Assembly: GCA_030390025.1 (NCBI GenBank) | Contig: CM059432.1 | Location: 61,320,001 to 61,384,000 of the forward strand | Direction of reading: 5' to 3' | From: Squalus acanthias | Taxonomy: Eukaryota | Length of the DNA: 64,000 nt | Part shown: positions 53,401 through 64,000 of the stretch, one piece after another | Layout: every line of letters starts with the position of its first letter | Numbering within the stretch: the stretch's first letter is position 1 | Notes under the pieces: generated by a model | The model's input: only the letters and a program-made list of their open reading frames with translations | Told to the model about the DNA's origin: nothing | Database searches by the model: none | Program-made: the position numbers and the translations under genes

Positions 53401-53741
53401 CGTAGCGGTTTTTTACAACTGAGTGGCTTGCTAGGCCATTTCAGAGGGCAGTTAAGAGTCAACCACAATGCTGTGGGTCTGGAGTCACATATGGGCCAGA
53501 CCAGGTAAGGATGGCAGATTTCCTTTCCTAAAGGACATTAGTGAACCAGATGGGTTTTTACGACAATCCGATAGTTTCATGGTCACCATTACTGATACTA
53601 GCTTTTTATTCCAGATTCATTTAATTAACTGAATTTAAATTCCCCAGGTACCGTGGTGGGATTTGAACTCACATCTCCGGATCATTAGACCAGGCTTCTG
53701 GATTATTAGTCTAATAACATAACCACTATGCAACCGTTCCC
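50478..53741 (-). mobile_element. Full-length tRNA-headed LINE: one APE-endonuclease + RT ORF, no ORF1
   Basis: A box 53723-53733, B box 53659-53670; VLLTNIWGL...PDIIILTES, VGDFNVHH, NYRPISLLS, LDIKAAFD, GVPQG, MFTDD, stop at 50540; TSD GGAT at 50474-50477 and 53742-53745; several frameshifts. Confidence 0.9.
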
Positions 53742-53889
53742 GGATGAACCAGAGGGTCTTTACCTGGCCGTCATTGTTCGTATATTCTGGTATTTGTAAA
53801 TGACCCAGAAAATGTACAGGAAATAGAAGTCTTAGCCTCCTTGGGGGACAGCAACCACAGAATGATAACGTTTAACAGGGGTTAGGAGG

Positions 53890-54770
53890 TGAGCCATTTT
53901 CCTTGCCATTTGAGCCAAACCTGGTCCAGTTAAGCTTCTGGTAATGGTGAACCTCAAGATGTTGATGGTGCGGGACACAGAGATGATGGTGCCGTTGAAA
54001 GTTGGGGGAGATGGTTGGGCTTTTTTGCCAGGAACTTACGCGGCAAGAACATTAGCTGCCATCTGCCGGCCAAACCTGGATGTTATTCAACATCCTGGAT
54101 ATGAATGGAGCTGAATCATCAGTGAACAGCTCCAATCTTGACCTTGTGACAACGGAAAGTTCATTGATAAAGCAGCTAAAGATGGTTGGGCCTTGTATGC
54201 TTTCCTGAGGAACCCCTTCAGCAATATCTTGGGGTTGTAATGATTGGGCTCTGATAACCACAACCATTGTTTTATTTGTTCTTGGGCAATGCTTGCAAAT
54301 CAGCATTTATAATGAATCATGTGGCATGGGACTATATTCACCTGTAGGCCAGGCCAGTTAGGGTGATAGGTTCCCTTCCCTGAAGGTCATTAGTGAACCA
54401 GTTGGGCTTTTATGAGAATCCAGCAGCATTCATGGTCATTTATTTGGTGCCAGTTCACAAATTGAATTCAATTTCACAACTTGCCATTGTGGGAGTTGAT
54501 CTTGCATCTGGATTATTAGCCTAGTACCATAAACCACGACACTACCATATCCCTGTCATCTTCCTGTGTGTCAGGTATGAGTCCAGCCACTGGAGGGTTT
54601 TCCATCTGAAGCCTATTGACAGTTTTGCTAGGGCTCCTTGGTGTCATAATTGATCAAATGCTGGCTTGACATCAAGGGCTACTGCCCTCATCTCTCTGGC
54701 ATTCATCTCTTGCATTCATGTCTGGATTAAGGTTGTAATGAGGTCTGGAGCCAAGTGGTACTGGCACTGT
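53890..54770 (-). mobile_element. Older fragment of the same LINE family containing a SINE with the related tRNA head (~54300-54553)
   Basis: GVPQESIQGPTIFSCFIN remnant; the insert shares ATTAGTGAACCAG and CTGGATTATTAG with the LINE head. Confidence 0.7.
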
Positions 54771-54798
54771 AAGGTAACATTGATATGATGGCACTTAC

Positions 54799-55032
54799 CT
54801 TAGCAACCTTTCAGAGACCTGTGAATTTCTTGCACACCTGTTCGCACAATCTGTGGACAGGTAAAATAGTATTGGCCCTTTCTGCTAATTCTATTCATAC
54901 CACTGTCGCATTGCCTTTCAAAGCTTGAAGCTCCTCATCACTAAAAAGAACTACCTTTCTGGCCAGCACCTACTGAAATAGCATCTCCAGAGCTATATTA
55001 TGCCATTCTGTTTTTGGCCTTGCTGCAGCCAT
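54799..55032 (-). pseudogene. Harbinger Myb/SANT-like exon 1 relic
   Basis: MAAARPKTEWHNIALEMLFQ*VLARKVVLF...*IELAERAN...RLCEQVCKKFTGL*KVAK then a GTAAGT donor; three in-frame stops. Confidence 0.65.
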
Positions 55033-55247
55033 TTCCCCGGCTCAGTAGCAGTACAGCTTTAAGGTGACCAGCAGCCCATTCATTGCTACTGGTGCATGAT
55101 AACCAGCCCGTGACCCCCCACACACTCCCAGAATGTCATGATGCATCACTGAGAAAATATGCAAACCATCTGACTTTACATTACCATACAGGGTGCATAC
55201 CACATTCAAAGAGCAGTGGTCCTGCTGACACATCATCAGGCCACAAT

Positions 55248-55990
55248 GGGCCAAAAATTCATCCCGCGACGCGAGAGTACGCACTGCGTACTCTCGCGTA
55301 TTCTCTCTCCAATTGCCGGTTTTCTGCATGCCCTGCGCATGCGCTGAAAACCGGCACTTGGTCTTTTGAAAAGGGGGCGGTTCCTCGGTGCATCGCGTGC
55401 GCGCTACAGGCTGCGCGCACGCTGTGCACTTCATGCTTTGGACGCGCAGGTAAGTACGGAAGATTTTAGAAATGGAAAAAGGAGGAGTAAGACCCACTTT
55501 TAACAAGGTAAGTAGTGAATTAAGTATTTTTTTGAATTTTTTTTAACAGGTATATCTTTTTTAGAGACTTTAAAGACAGGTAAGTTTATTTTTATAACTT
55601 TTTAAAAGATTTTAAATTTTTTCAAAAATTTAATTTTTTATTTAAAATGGTTAATTTATTTAACTATACTTATTTTATTAATGTGATGGTTTTTTTTTTA
55701 ATTTAATTGAGGTCTAGCTGTTATTTTGGGGGGGTGTAACATTCATAGATTTCACAGCACCTATGTGAAACTTATGAATGGAAGATGGTGTGCTGCCATT
55801 GGCTCTAACTGAGTCACGTGATCCCACAGCTCGCACAAATTCACTACGCCGGTGGGATACGCAAGCACTGCCCAGCTGATGTCTGGAACATCAAGTTCGT
55901 GCAAGCTGGATCTGAAAAAGCACAAGCGGAGTGAGAGATCGCGGGGAAGCCTTACCCCCGCGGGAACAGAGCGAGATCAATTTCTGGGCC
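55248..55990 (+). mobile_element. MITE copy 3
   Basis: TIR GGGCCAAAAATT/AATTTCTGGGCC; flanks AAT and ATT; colinear with copy 1. Confidence 0.85.
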
Positions 55991-57130
55991 ATTATCAGCC
56001 CCTGTGTTATCCCAGTTATCTTTTGCTACTACAGGAAAATACATGTAGCATGATTGGTAGCTGCAAAGAAGACCAGTATACCTGAACCTGTTCTCTGAAT
56101 CAGAGTAAGTTCTACATGCGTATGACGGAAAAGAAGCCTTGTTGGTGCCCAATTTTCTTTCTTTATTCCTCTTCTCCAGTCGGTTATGACTCATGCTGGA
56201 GTACAGTTCCATGGACACCAACCATCCTCAGGTACTTTGCCGAATTAGCTATTCTTCATCTATAAACTTGAATAATGAAGCCTTGATTTTCTGTGGTAGC
56301 ACAACCACCGTGTGGTGGGGCAGCGCATTGCTGACTCCACCATAGTTTCTGGGATCAGCTTAATTGGAATAATCAGTGCAAGCTCCAGGCATTGGAAATG
56401 CCTCTCAATGGGTGTTTATTTGTTTTGGGAACAGAGTGTTAAGCTGTGAGTTTGGTGAGTGAGGGAGTGAATCTTAAAGGTTAATCACTTTTTTTTAATA
56501 TAAAATCTAGTCTTGTGTGCTTGCAATTAGCATTTAACTTACATTTAAATTTACTGTTTCAAGTTTTAAGTTTCTTCCAGGCTTGGGCAGGGCTAAGCAA
56601 GCTCTGTGCTGGAGAGCAGGTGAGAGTAATTAATTAATTAACTGGTCTAATCTGGTTCTGTAACTGCCAGAGAGCTCACTTATTTAAATCTCAGCCGTAT
56701 AAATAATGGAGGCTAGAGTGCAGTTTGTCACGGAGTGCAGCTCGGAACAGAGTGTTAAGCTGCGAGTTTGGTGAGTGAAGGAGTTCGGGGAGGGAGGTGT
56801 TCCTTTCTTTTTTCTATCTTTGTCAGCTTCCAGGAGAGCAGGAGCTAAAAAGCTGCACAAGAGGGGACAGAGAACCAGCGGGAGTTCGACTCTGTGACAC
56901 CCCCCAACCGCATCTGGAGAAAAATAAAAAGTGACATCACAGGGAAAAGGGTAAGTGATTGGTTGGTGAGTATTTTGCTCACTTCCCTTATCTTTTAAAG
57001 CCCAGGAAATTTATTAGTAATTGTAAGGTTTCATTAGTACTAGTTTACTTGCAGTAATAAATCTTATTAGGTGGATTAGGGTTTGTTAATTATTAATTAA
57101 TAAAAATAAATTAATTAAGACTCCATAAAG

Positions 57131-58081
57131 ATGGCAGGGCAGGTGATGTGTTGTGACTGCAGTATGTGGGAGCTCCTGGATGCCAGTGTGATCCAGGACG
57201 AACACGTCTGCGGTAAGTGTCTGTGGCTTGAGGAGCTTCGGATCAGAGTTGATGAGCTGGAGGCCGAGCTGCAGACTCTGCGATGCATCAGGGAGGGGGA
57301 AAGTTACCTGGACACTTTATTCCAGGAGGCAGTCACACCCCTTAGGATAGGGTCTTCTGATTTGGTCAGTGGTCAGGGACACGAGGATGTGACTGCGAGT
57401 GAGGCAGGTATGGGGACCCAGGAGGTGAAGGAGCCTCAGCCTTTGCAATTGTCGAACAGGGTTGAGGTTCTTGCAGCCTGTATGGATGAAAGCGGTGGCT
57501 GCAGGGTGGATGAGCAAACTGACCATGGCACCGAGGTACAGGAAGCCATTCAAGCAGGGGGAGTTAATAGGAATGTAGTGGTAATTGGGGACAGCACAGT
57601 CAGGGGGATAGATACAGTTCTCTGCGGCCAAGAACGAGAGTCCAGAGGGCTGTGTTGCCTGCCTGGCGCCAGGTTTCAGGACATCTGCTCTGGGCTGGAG
57701 AGAAACTTGCAATGGGAGGGGGAGGTGCCAGTGGTCGTGGTCCACGTAGGTACCAACGACATAGGTAGAACTAGGAAAGAGGTTCTGCTGAGACAGTATG
57801 AGCACCTAGGGGCTAAATTAAGAAGCAGAACGTCAAGCGTAATAATGTCTGCATTATTACCTGAGCCACGAGCAAATTGGCATAGGGTAAATAAAATTAG
57901 AGAGATGAATGCGTGGCTCAAAGACTGGTGTGGGAGAAATGGGTTTCAGTTCCTGGGGCACTGGCACCAGTACTGGGGAAAGTGGGATCTGTATCGTTGG
58001 GACGGTCTTCACCTGAACCGTGCTGGGACCAGTGTTCTGGCAAGTCATATAACTAGGGCGGTAGAGAGGGCTTTAAACTAA
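57131..58081 (+). CDS. CR1 ORF1p: zinc finger, coiled coil and SGNH esterase (316 aa, open)
   Basis: CCDC...CGKC, LEELRIRVDELEAEL, VIGDS, HVGTND, DGLHLN motifs. Confidence 0.88.
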   Translation: MAGQVMCCDCSMWELLDASVIQDEHVCGKCLWLEELRIRVDELEAELQTLRCIREGESYLDTLFQEAVTPLRIGSSDLVSGQGHEDVTASEAGMGTQEVKEPQPLQLSNRVEVLAACMDESGGCRVDEQTDHGTEVQEAIQAGGVNRNVVVIGDSTVRGIDTVLCGQERESRGLCCLPGARFQDICSGLERNLQWEGEVPVVVVHVGTNDIGRTRKEVLLRQYEHLGAKLRSRTSSVIMSALLPEPRANWHRVNKIREMNAWLKDWCGRNGFQFLGHWHQYWGKWDLYRWDGLHLNRAGTSVLASHITRAVERALN

Positions 58082-58092
58082 ATATTGGGGGC

Positions 58093-61064
58093 ATGGGATC
58101 AAATTTGGGAAGATGTGGTAATTCAAAGATTAGAGACAAGGCAATAGAGAAAGGTATTAATATGGGAAATGATAAACAGACCATGACAGGAAGGGATAGA
58201 GAGTACAAATCTAAGAGTAAATCAATAGATAAGGCTAGAGGTTACAAAAATAATAAAAGGACAAAACTAAAGGTTCTGAATCTGAATGCACGTTGCATTC
58301 GAAACAAAATAGATGAACTGATAGCACAAATAGAAATAAATAAATATGGTCTGATAGCCATTACAGAGACATAGCTGCAGGATGACAAAGATTGGGACCT
58401 GAATATTGAAGGGTACATGACATTTAGGAAGGACAGGAAGGTGGGAAAAGGTGGAGGGGTGGCTCTGTTAATTAATGATGGTATTAGCACAATAGAGAGG
58501 GATGACCTAAGTTCAGGAAACCAGGATGTAGAAGCGGTTTGGGTAGAGATGAGAAATAATAAAGGTAAGAAGTCACTTGTGGGAGTGGTGTACAGGCCCC
58601 CTAACAGTAACCACATGGTAGGATGGAGTATAAAGGAAGAAATAATGGGAGCTTGTCAGAAGGGTACGGCAATAATCATGGGGGATTTTAATCTGCATAT
58701 AGACTGGAAAAATCAGATGGGCAAAGGTAGCCTAGATGAAGAGTTCATGGAATGTTTTCGGGATAGTTTCTTACAACAGCACATTCTGGAGCCAACCAGT
58801 GAGCAGGCTATACTAGACCTGGTATTGTGCAACGAGATAGGATTAATTAATGACCTCATAGTGAAGGCGCCCCTAGGTAGCAGCGATCATAATATGATTG
58901 AATTTTACATTCAGTTTGAGGGAGAGAAGAGTGGGTCCAAGACTAGTATTTTAAACTTAAATAAGGGCAATTATGAGGGCATGAAAGCAGAGCTAGCTAA
59001 AGTGAACTGGCAAATTAGGTTAAGGGATAGGTCAATAGAGTTGCAGTGGCAGACATTTAAAAGGATATTTCAAAATACACAGAATATATACATTCCAACA
59101 AGAAAGAAAAATTCCAAGGGGAGGACCCACCATCTGTGGTTAACTAAAAAAGTTAAAGATAGTATTAAACTTAAAGAAAAAGCATATAATTGCGCAAAGA
59201 TGGGTGGCAGGTCAGAAGATTGGACAGAATATAAAAAACAGCAAAGAATGACTAAAAGATTAATGAGGAGAGAAAAATTAGAGTACGAGAGAAAGCTAGC
59301 TAGAAATATAAAATCAGATAGTAAGAGTTTCTATTGATATTTAAAAAAGAAAAGAGTTAACAAAGTGAGCGTTAGTCCTATAAAAAGTGAGTCTGGGGAA
59401 TTAATAATGGAAAATAAGGAGATGGCAGTTGAATTGAACAGGTATTTTGCATCGGTCTTCACTATAGAGGATACAAGTAACATCCCAGAAATAGCTGTAA
59501 ATCAGGAAATGGAAGGGAGGGAGGAACTCAAGAAAATTATAATCACCAGGGAAGTGGTACTGAGCAAATTGTTGGAGCTGCGGGCTGACAAGTCCCCGGG
59601 TCCTGATGGACTTCATCCTAGGGTCTTAAAAGAAGTGTCCAGTGAGATAGTTGATGCATTGGTTTTAATTTTCCAAAATTCCCTAGATTCGGGGAAGGTT
59701 CCATTAGATTGGAAAATAGCGAATATAACTCCTTTATTCAAAAAGGGAGGGAGACAGAAAGCAGGAAACTACAGGCCAGTTAGCTTAACGTCTGTCATAG
59801 GGAAGATGTTGAAAGCTATTATTAAAGACGTTATAGCAGGGCATTTAGAAAAGTTCAAAGTAATCAGGCAGAGTCAACATGGTTTTGTGCAAGGGAAATC
59901 ATGTTTAACCAATTTATTGGAGTTCCTTGAGGAAGTAACATGTGCTGTGTATAAAGGTGAACTGGTGGGTGTACTGTACTTAGATTTCCAGAAGGCATTT
60001 GATAAGGTGCCACATCAAAGGTTATTGCGGAAAATAAAAGCTCATGGTGTAGGGGGTAACATATTGGCATGGATAGAAGATTGGCTAGCTAACAGGAAAC
60101 AGAGAGTAGGCATAAATGGGTCATTTTCTGATTGGCAAGATGTAACGAGTGGTGTGTCACAGGGATCAGTGCTGGGGCCTCAACTTTTTACAATTTATAT
60201 AAATGACTTGGATGAAGGGTCCGAAGGTATGGTTGCTAAATTTGCTGTTGACACAAAGATAGGTAGGAAAGTAAATTGTGAAGAGGACATAAGGAGGCTA
60301 CAAAGGGATATAGATAGGTTAAGTGAGTGGGCAAAGATCTGGCAGATGGAGTATAACGTGGGAAAATGTGAAATTGTCCATTTTGGCAGGAAGAATAAGA
60401 AAGAAGCATATTATCTAAATGGTGAGAGATTGCAGAGCTCTGAGATGCAGAGGGATCTGGGTGTCCTAGTGCATGAATCACAAAAGGTTACTATGCAGGT
60501 ACAGCAAGTAATTAGGAAAGCTAATAGAATGTTATCATTTATTGCGAGGGGAATTGAATACCTAAAAGTAGGGAGGTTATGCTTCAGTTGTACAGGGCAT
60601 TGGTGAGACCACATCTGGAGTACTGTGTACAGTATTGGTCTCCTTATTTAAGGAAGGATGTAAATGCGTTGGAGGCAGTTCAGAGAAGGTTTACTAGACT
60701 AATACCTGGAATGGGCGGGTTGTCTTATGAGGAAAGGTTGGACAGGCTAGGCTTGTATCCGCTGCAGTTTAGAAGAATAAGAGGATACTTGATTGAAACA
60801 TATAAGATCCTGAGGGGTCTGGACAGGGTGGATGTGGAGGGGACGTTTCCTCCTGTGGGAGAATCTAGAACTAGGGGTCACTGTTTAAAAATAAGGGGAC
60901 GCCCATTTAAGACAGAGATGAGGAGAAATATTTTCTCACAGAGGGTCATGAGTCTTTGGAACTCTCTTCCTCAGAGGACGGTGGAAGCAGAGTCTTTGAA
61001 TATTTTTAAGGCAGAGGTAGATAGATTCTTGGTAAGCAAGGGGGTGAAAAGTTATTGGGGGTAG
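58093..61064 (+). pseudogene. CR1 ORF2 (APE endonuclease + reverse transcriptase), disrupted
   Basis: AITET, VYRPP, GDFN, SDH; RT motif FADD is changed to FAVD; two stops and one frameshift. Confidence 0.9.
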
Positions 61065-61484
61065 GTGGGAATGTGGAGTAATCAGATCAGCCATGATCTT
61101 ATTGAATGGCAGAGCAGGCTCGAAGGGCCGAGTGGCCTACTCCTGCTCCTACTTCGTATGTTCGTATGTATGTTCATATGTAAAATAGCACATAGGTATA
61201 GGTTTGAAAGACTTCCGGCAGATCAAAGAGCCACAACAGAAAACATAGTTTTGGATGCAGCAAAAAAAAAACTGATTCGAAAAATGTCAGAGAGGAGTGC
61301 TGATAAGTCGAGACCCTCACCTTTGTGGATACAAGTGAAAAAAGTGTGGCTTCAGGAGACCAAATATAAAAAGGAGGCCCTCTTTGCAACTGACAAAAGG
61401 AGGGCCCCAAGGAGAGCTACAGCATAGAAGTGGAAGGAGATAGCCTGGGCAGTCAATGACATGTCTTCCATTCAGCACATGACT

Positions 61485-62190
61485 ACAACAACAACAACTT
61501 ACATTTTTATATAGCGTCTTTAACGTAGTAAAATGTCCCAAGGTGCTTCACAGGAGCGTTATCAAACAAAATTTGACTCAACCACCGGGAGATATTAGGA
61601 CAAGTGACAAAAAGCTTGGCCAAAGAGGTAGGTTTTAAGGAGTGTGTTAAAGAAGGAGAGAGAAGTAAAGAGGCAGAGAGGCTTAGGGAGGGAATTCCAG
61701 AGCAAAGGGCCCAGGCAGCTGAAGGCACAGCTGCCAATGGTGGAGTGATTAAAAGCGAAGATGCGCAAGAGGCCAGAATTGGAGGACTACAGGGATCTCG
61801 GTGGGTTGTTGGGCTGGAGGAGGTTACAGAAATAGGGAAGGGCGAGGCCATGGAGCGATTTGAAAAACAAGGATGAGAATTTTAAAATTGAGGCGTTGCT
61901 GGACCGGGAGCCAATATAGGTCAGCGAGCACAGGGGTGAGGGGTGAATGGGATTGGTGCAAGTTAGTATACGAGTTTTGGATGAGTTCAAATTTATAGAG
62001 GGTGGAAGATGGGAGGACAGCGAGGAGAGCATTGGAATAGTCAATTCTAGAGGTAACAAAGGCATGGATGAGGGTTTCAACAGCAGATGAGCTGAGCTGA
62101 GGCAGGGGCGGAGATGGTCGATGTTACGGAAGTGGAAGTAGGCGGTCTAGGTAATGGAGTATATATTAGGTCATAAGCGCACCTCAGGGT
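61485..62190 (-). mobile_element. L2 LINE 3' fragment
   Basis: (CAA)n tail at 61485; homologous to 47050-47750. Confidence 0.85.
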
Positions 62191-62687
62191 CAAATAAGAT
62201 GTCAAGCATAGAAAGTTTAATTGCCTTACCAGGCAGTCAGCAACCAGACACACATTGACCTTGATTTTAACCCCCCACCCCCTGACAGACAGGAAAGAGT
62301 CGGCCAAGGTGGTTAAAAACCTAAAATTCAAAATCCCGCCTCCAACCCGCTGTGTTCCAGGCCACCATAATGTTAGCGGTGACGATTCAGGCCCTGGATG
62401 AGGCTCCTGCTAAAAGCAGGCAGCAGCCTACTTAAGATGCAAAACTTCTGATCCGATGCCATCCTTGGCACCACAACGTAATATTAATGTCAAGGCAGAC
62501 AGATTCCCGCACTGTCTATTGCTGCCTGGCTGCAGAAACATGGCGGGAGAAGCCAACTGGCCAGAAGAGGGCAAGATAAGTTTTTAAAACTTCTTTCTCT
62601 TTGAACTCCTTGTGAGTCATGAGGAGCAGGATTGTTCCCCCCCCCCCCCCCCAATCCCCGCAAAGAGTCCTTGGACCTCTCCAGGTC

Positions 62688-62792
62688 TGGCCTCTCCACG
62701 ATCTTCAAGGAATCCCTAGCCCTAGCTTCCTCTGATCTTCAGGGAATCCCCAGCCCTGGCCTTCCCCCGATCTTCAGGGAATCCCCTGCACC
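62688..62792. repeat. Three imperfect ~33-bp tandem units
   Basis: GATCTTCA(A/G)GGAATCCC recurs near 62700, 62734 and 62769. Confidence 0.65.
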
Positions 62793-62795
62793 AGG

Positions 62796-63775
62796 CTCAA
62801 TTAAATTGGCTGAAGACTGGTATCTGTGAAGGTGGGGACCTCAGGAGGAAGCCGAGAAGGATCATCTACTCGGTACTTCTGGCTGAAGATAGTTGCAAAC
62901 GTTTCAGCCTTGTCTTTTGCATTCACGTGCTGGGCTTCGCCATCATTGAGGATGGGGATATTCATGGCGCCTCCTCCTCCTGTTTGTTGCTTAATTGTCC
63001 ACCACCATTCATGACTGGATATGGCAGGACTGCAGAGCTTTCACCTGATCTGTTGGTTGTGGGATTGCTTAGCTATGTCTATAGTATGCTGCTTCCACTG
63101 TTTAGCATGCATGTGGTCATTCCTACCAATACTGTCATAGGCAGGTGCATCTGCGACAGCTAGATTGATGAGGATGAGGTCAAGTAGGTTATTCCCTCAT
63201 GTTGGCTCTCTCACCTCAAGCCCAGTCTCGTAGCTATGTCTTTTAGGATTCGACCAGCTCGGTCAGTAGTGGTACTATCAAGTCACTTTTGGTGATGGAC
63301 ATTGAAGTCCCCCACCTCGAGCATATTCTGTGCCCTGGCTACCCTCAGTGCTTCCCCCAAGTGGTGCTCAACATGGAGAAGTACTGATTTATCAGCTGAG
63401 GAGGGCAGTAGGCGGTATGTTTGGCCTGAAGCCATGAGACTTCATAGGGTCTGGAGTCAATGTTGAAGACTCCCAGGGCCACTCCCAGCCGACTATATAC
63501 CACTGTGCCCCACCTTTGGTGAGTATGTCCTGCCGGTGGGATGGGAAATATCTTGGGATGGTGACGGAGGAGTCTGGGATGTTGGCTAATAGGTATGATT
63601 CTGTATGACTATATGTCAGGCTGTTGTCTGACTAGTCAGTAGGACAGCTCTCCCAACTTTGGCACTAGTCCCCAGATGTTAGTGAGGAGGACTTTGTAGG
63701 ATCAATTGGGCTGGGTCTGCCTTCATTGTTACCGATACCTAGGTCGCAGCAGAGTGGTCCGTACAGATTTATTCT
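62796..63775 (-). mobile_element. Endonuclease-region fragment of the tRNA-headed LINE family
   Basis: Colinear with 52055-53380, with an internal deletion. Confidence 0.85.
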
Positions 63776-64000
63776 AAAGTAGGCTCCTGCCTCAGGTGGG
63801 GAGAAAGAAATTGCTGTGGCTTCCTGTTGCAGCGTAGCATGGCCAGTGACAAATTTTTTAAACTTTAATTTTTGAAATTGATGTTCTGACTAGGGTAATG
63901 GATCACTCTGCAATCGAGTCAAAGATACCCTTTAATTTTTAAACCACCTGTGCCCTGGGGTACTCTGGTGCAAATGATGAAAAATGTATCATATGATGTC

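Larger units (their letters stand above)
47755..53790 (+). mobile_element. Older CR1 host, in pieces 47755-48079, 49910-50477 and 53742-53790
   Basis: LYKTLVRPHLE upstream; sequence resumes after each insert at the duplicated target sites TATAAAG and GGAT. Confidence 0.75.
56427..61160 (+). mobile_element. Near full-length CR1 LINE (5' UTR, ORF1, ORF2, microsatellite tail)
   Basis: Open ORF1; ORF2 endonuclease + RT with stops at 58372 and 59335 and a frameshift near 60565; tail of CGTATGTT-like repeats. Confidence 0.93.

Noticed and set aside
1..64000. CRISPR arrays, operons or prokaryotic defence systems
   Set aside because: The sequence is eukaryotic; no repeat-spacer arrays, and all RT ORFs belong to non-LTR or Penelope retroelements.

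Overview
Vertebrate genomic DNA. The repeat content (HER1-type CR1 LINEs, HE1/V-type tRNA SINEs) points to a cartilaginous fish, probably a shark. The only host gene I can support is NOL4 on the minus strand: coding exons 1-3 at 44631-44912, 39372-39521 and 2535-2646, all GT-AG. It has a CpG-island promoter near 45.1-45.5 kb, a second promoter-like island in intron 1 and a ~36.7 kb intron 2. Much of the rest is nested mobile DNA: CR1 LINEs (one near full-length with an esterase ORF1), L2 fragments, a Penelope element with a hammerhead-ribozyme motif, SINEs, a probable solo LTR, decayed PIF/Harbinger transposons and a MITE family with ATT target duplications. The most unusual observation is a ~3.26 kb LINE with no ORF1 whose 5' end is a tRNA-like Pol III promoter (A and B boxes). 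It inserted as one unit (GGAT TSD) and its sense strand has no TTTT Pol III terminator by my scan, which suggests a protein-coding retrotransposon transcribed by Pol III. All calls were made by eye and family names come from recalled motifs, not database searches.
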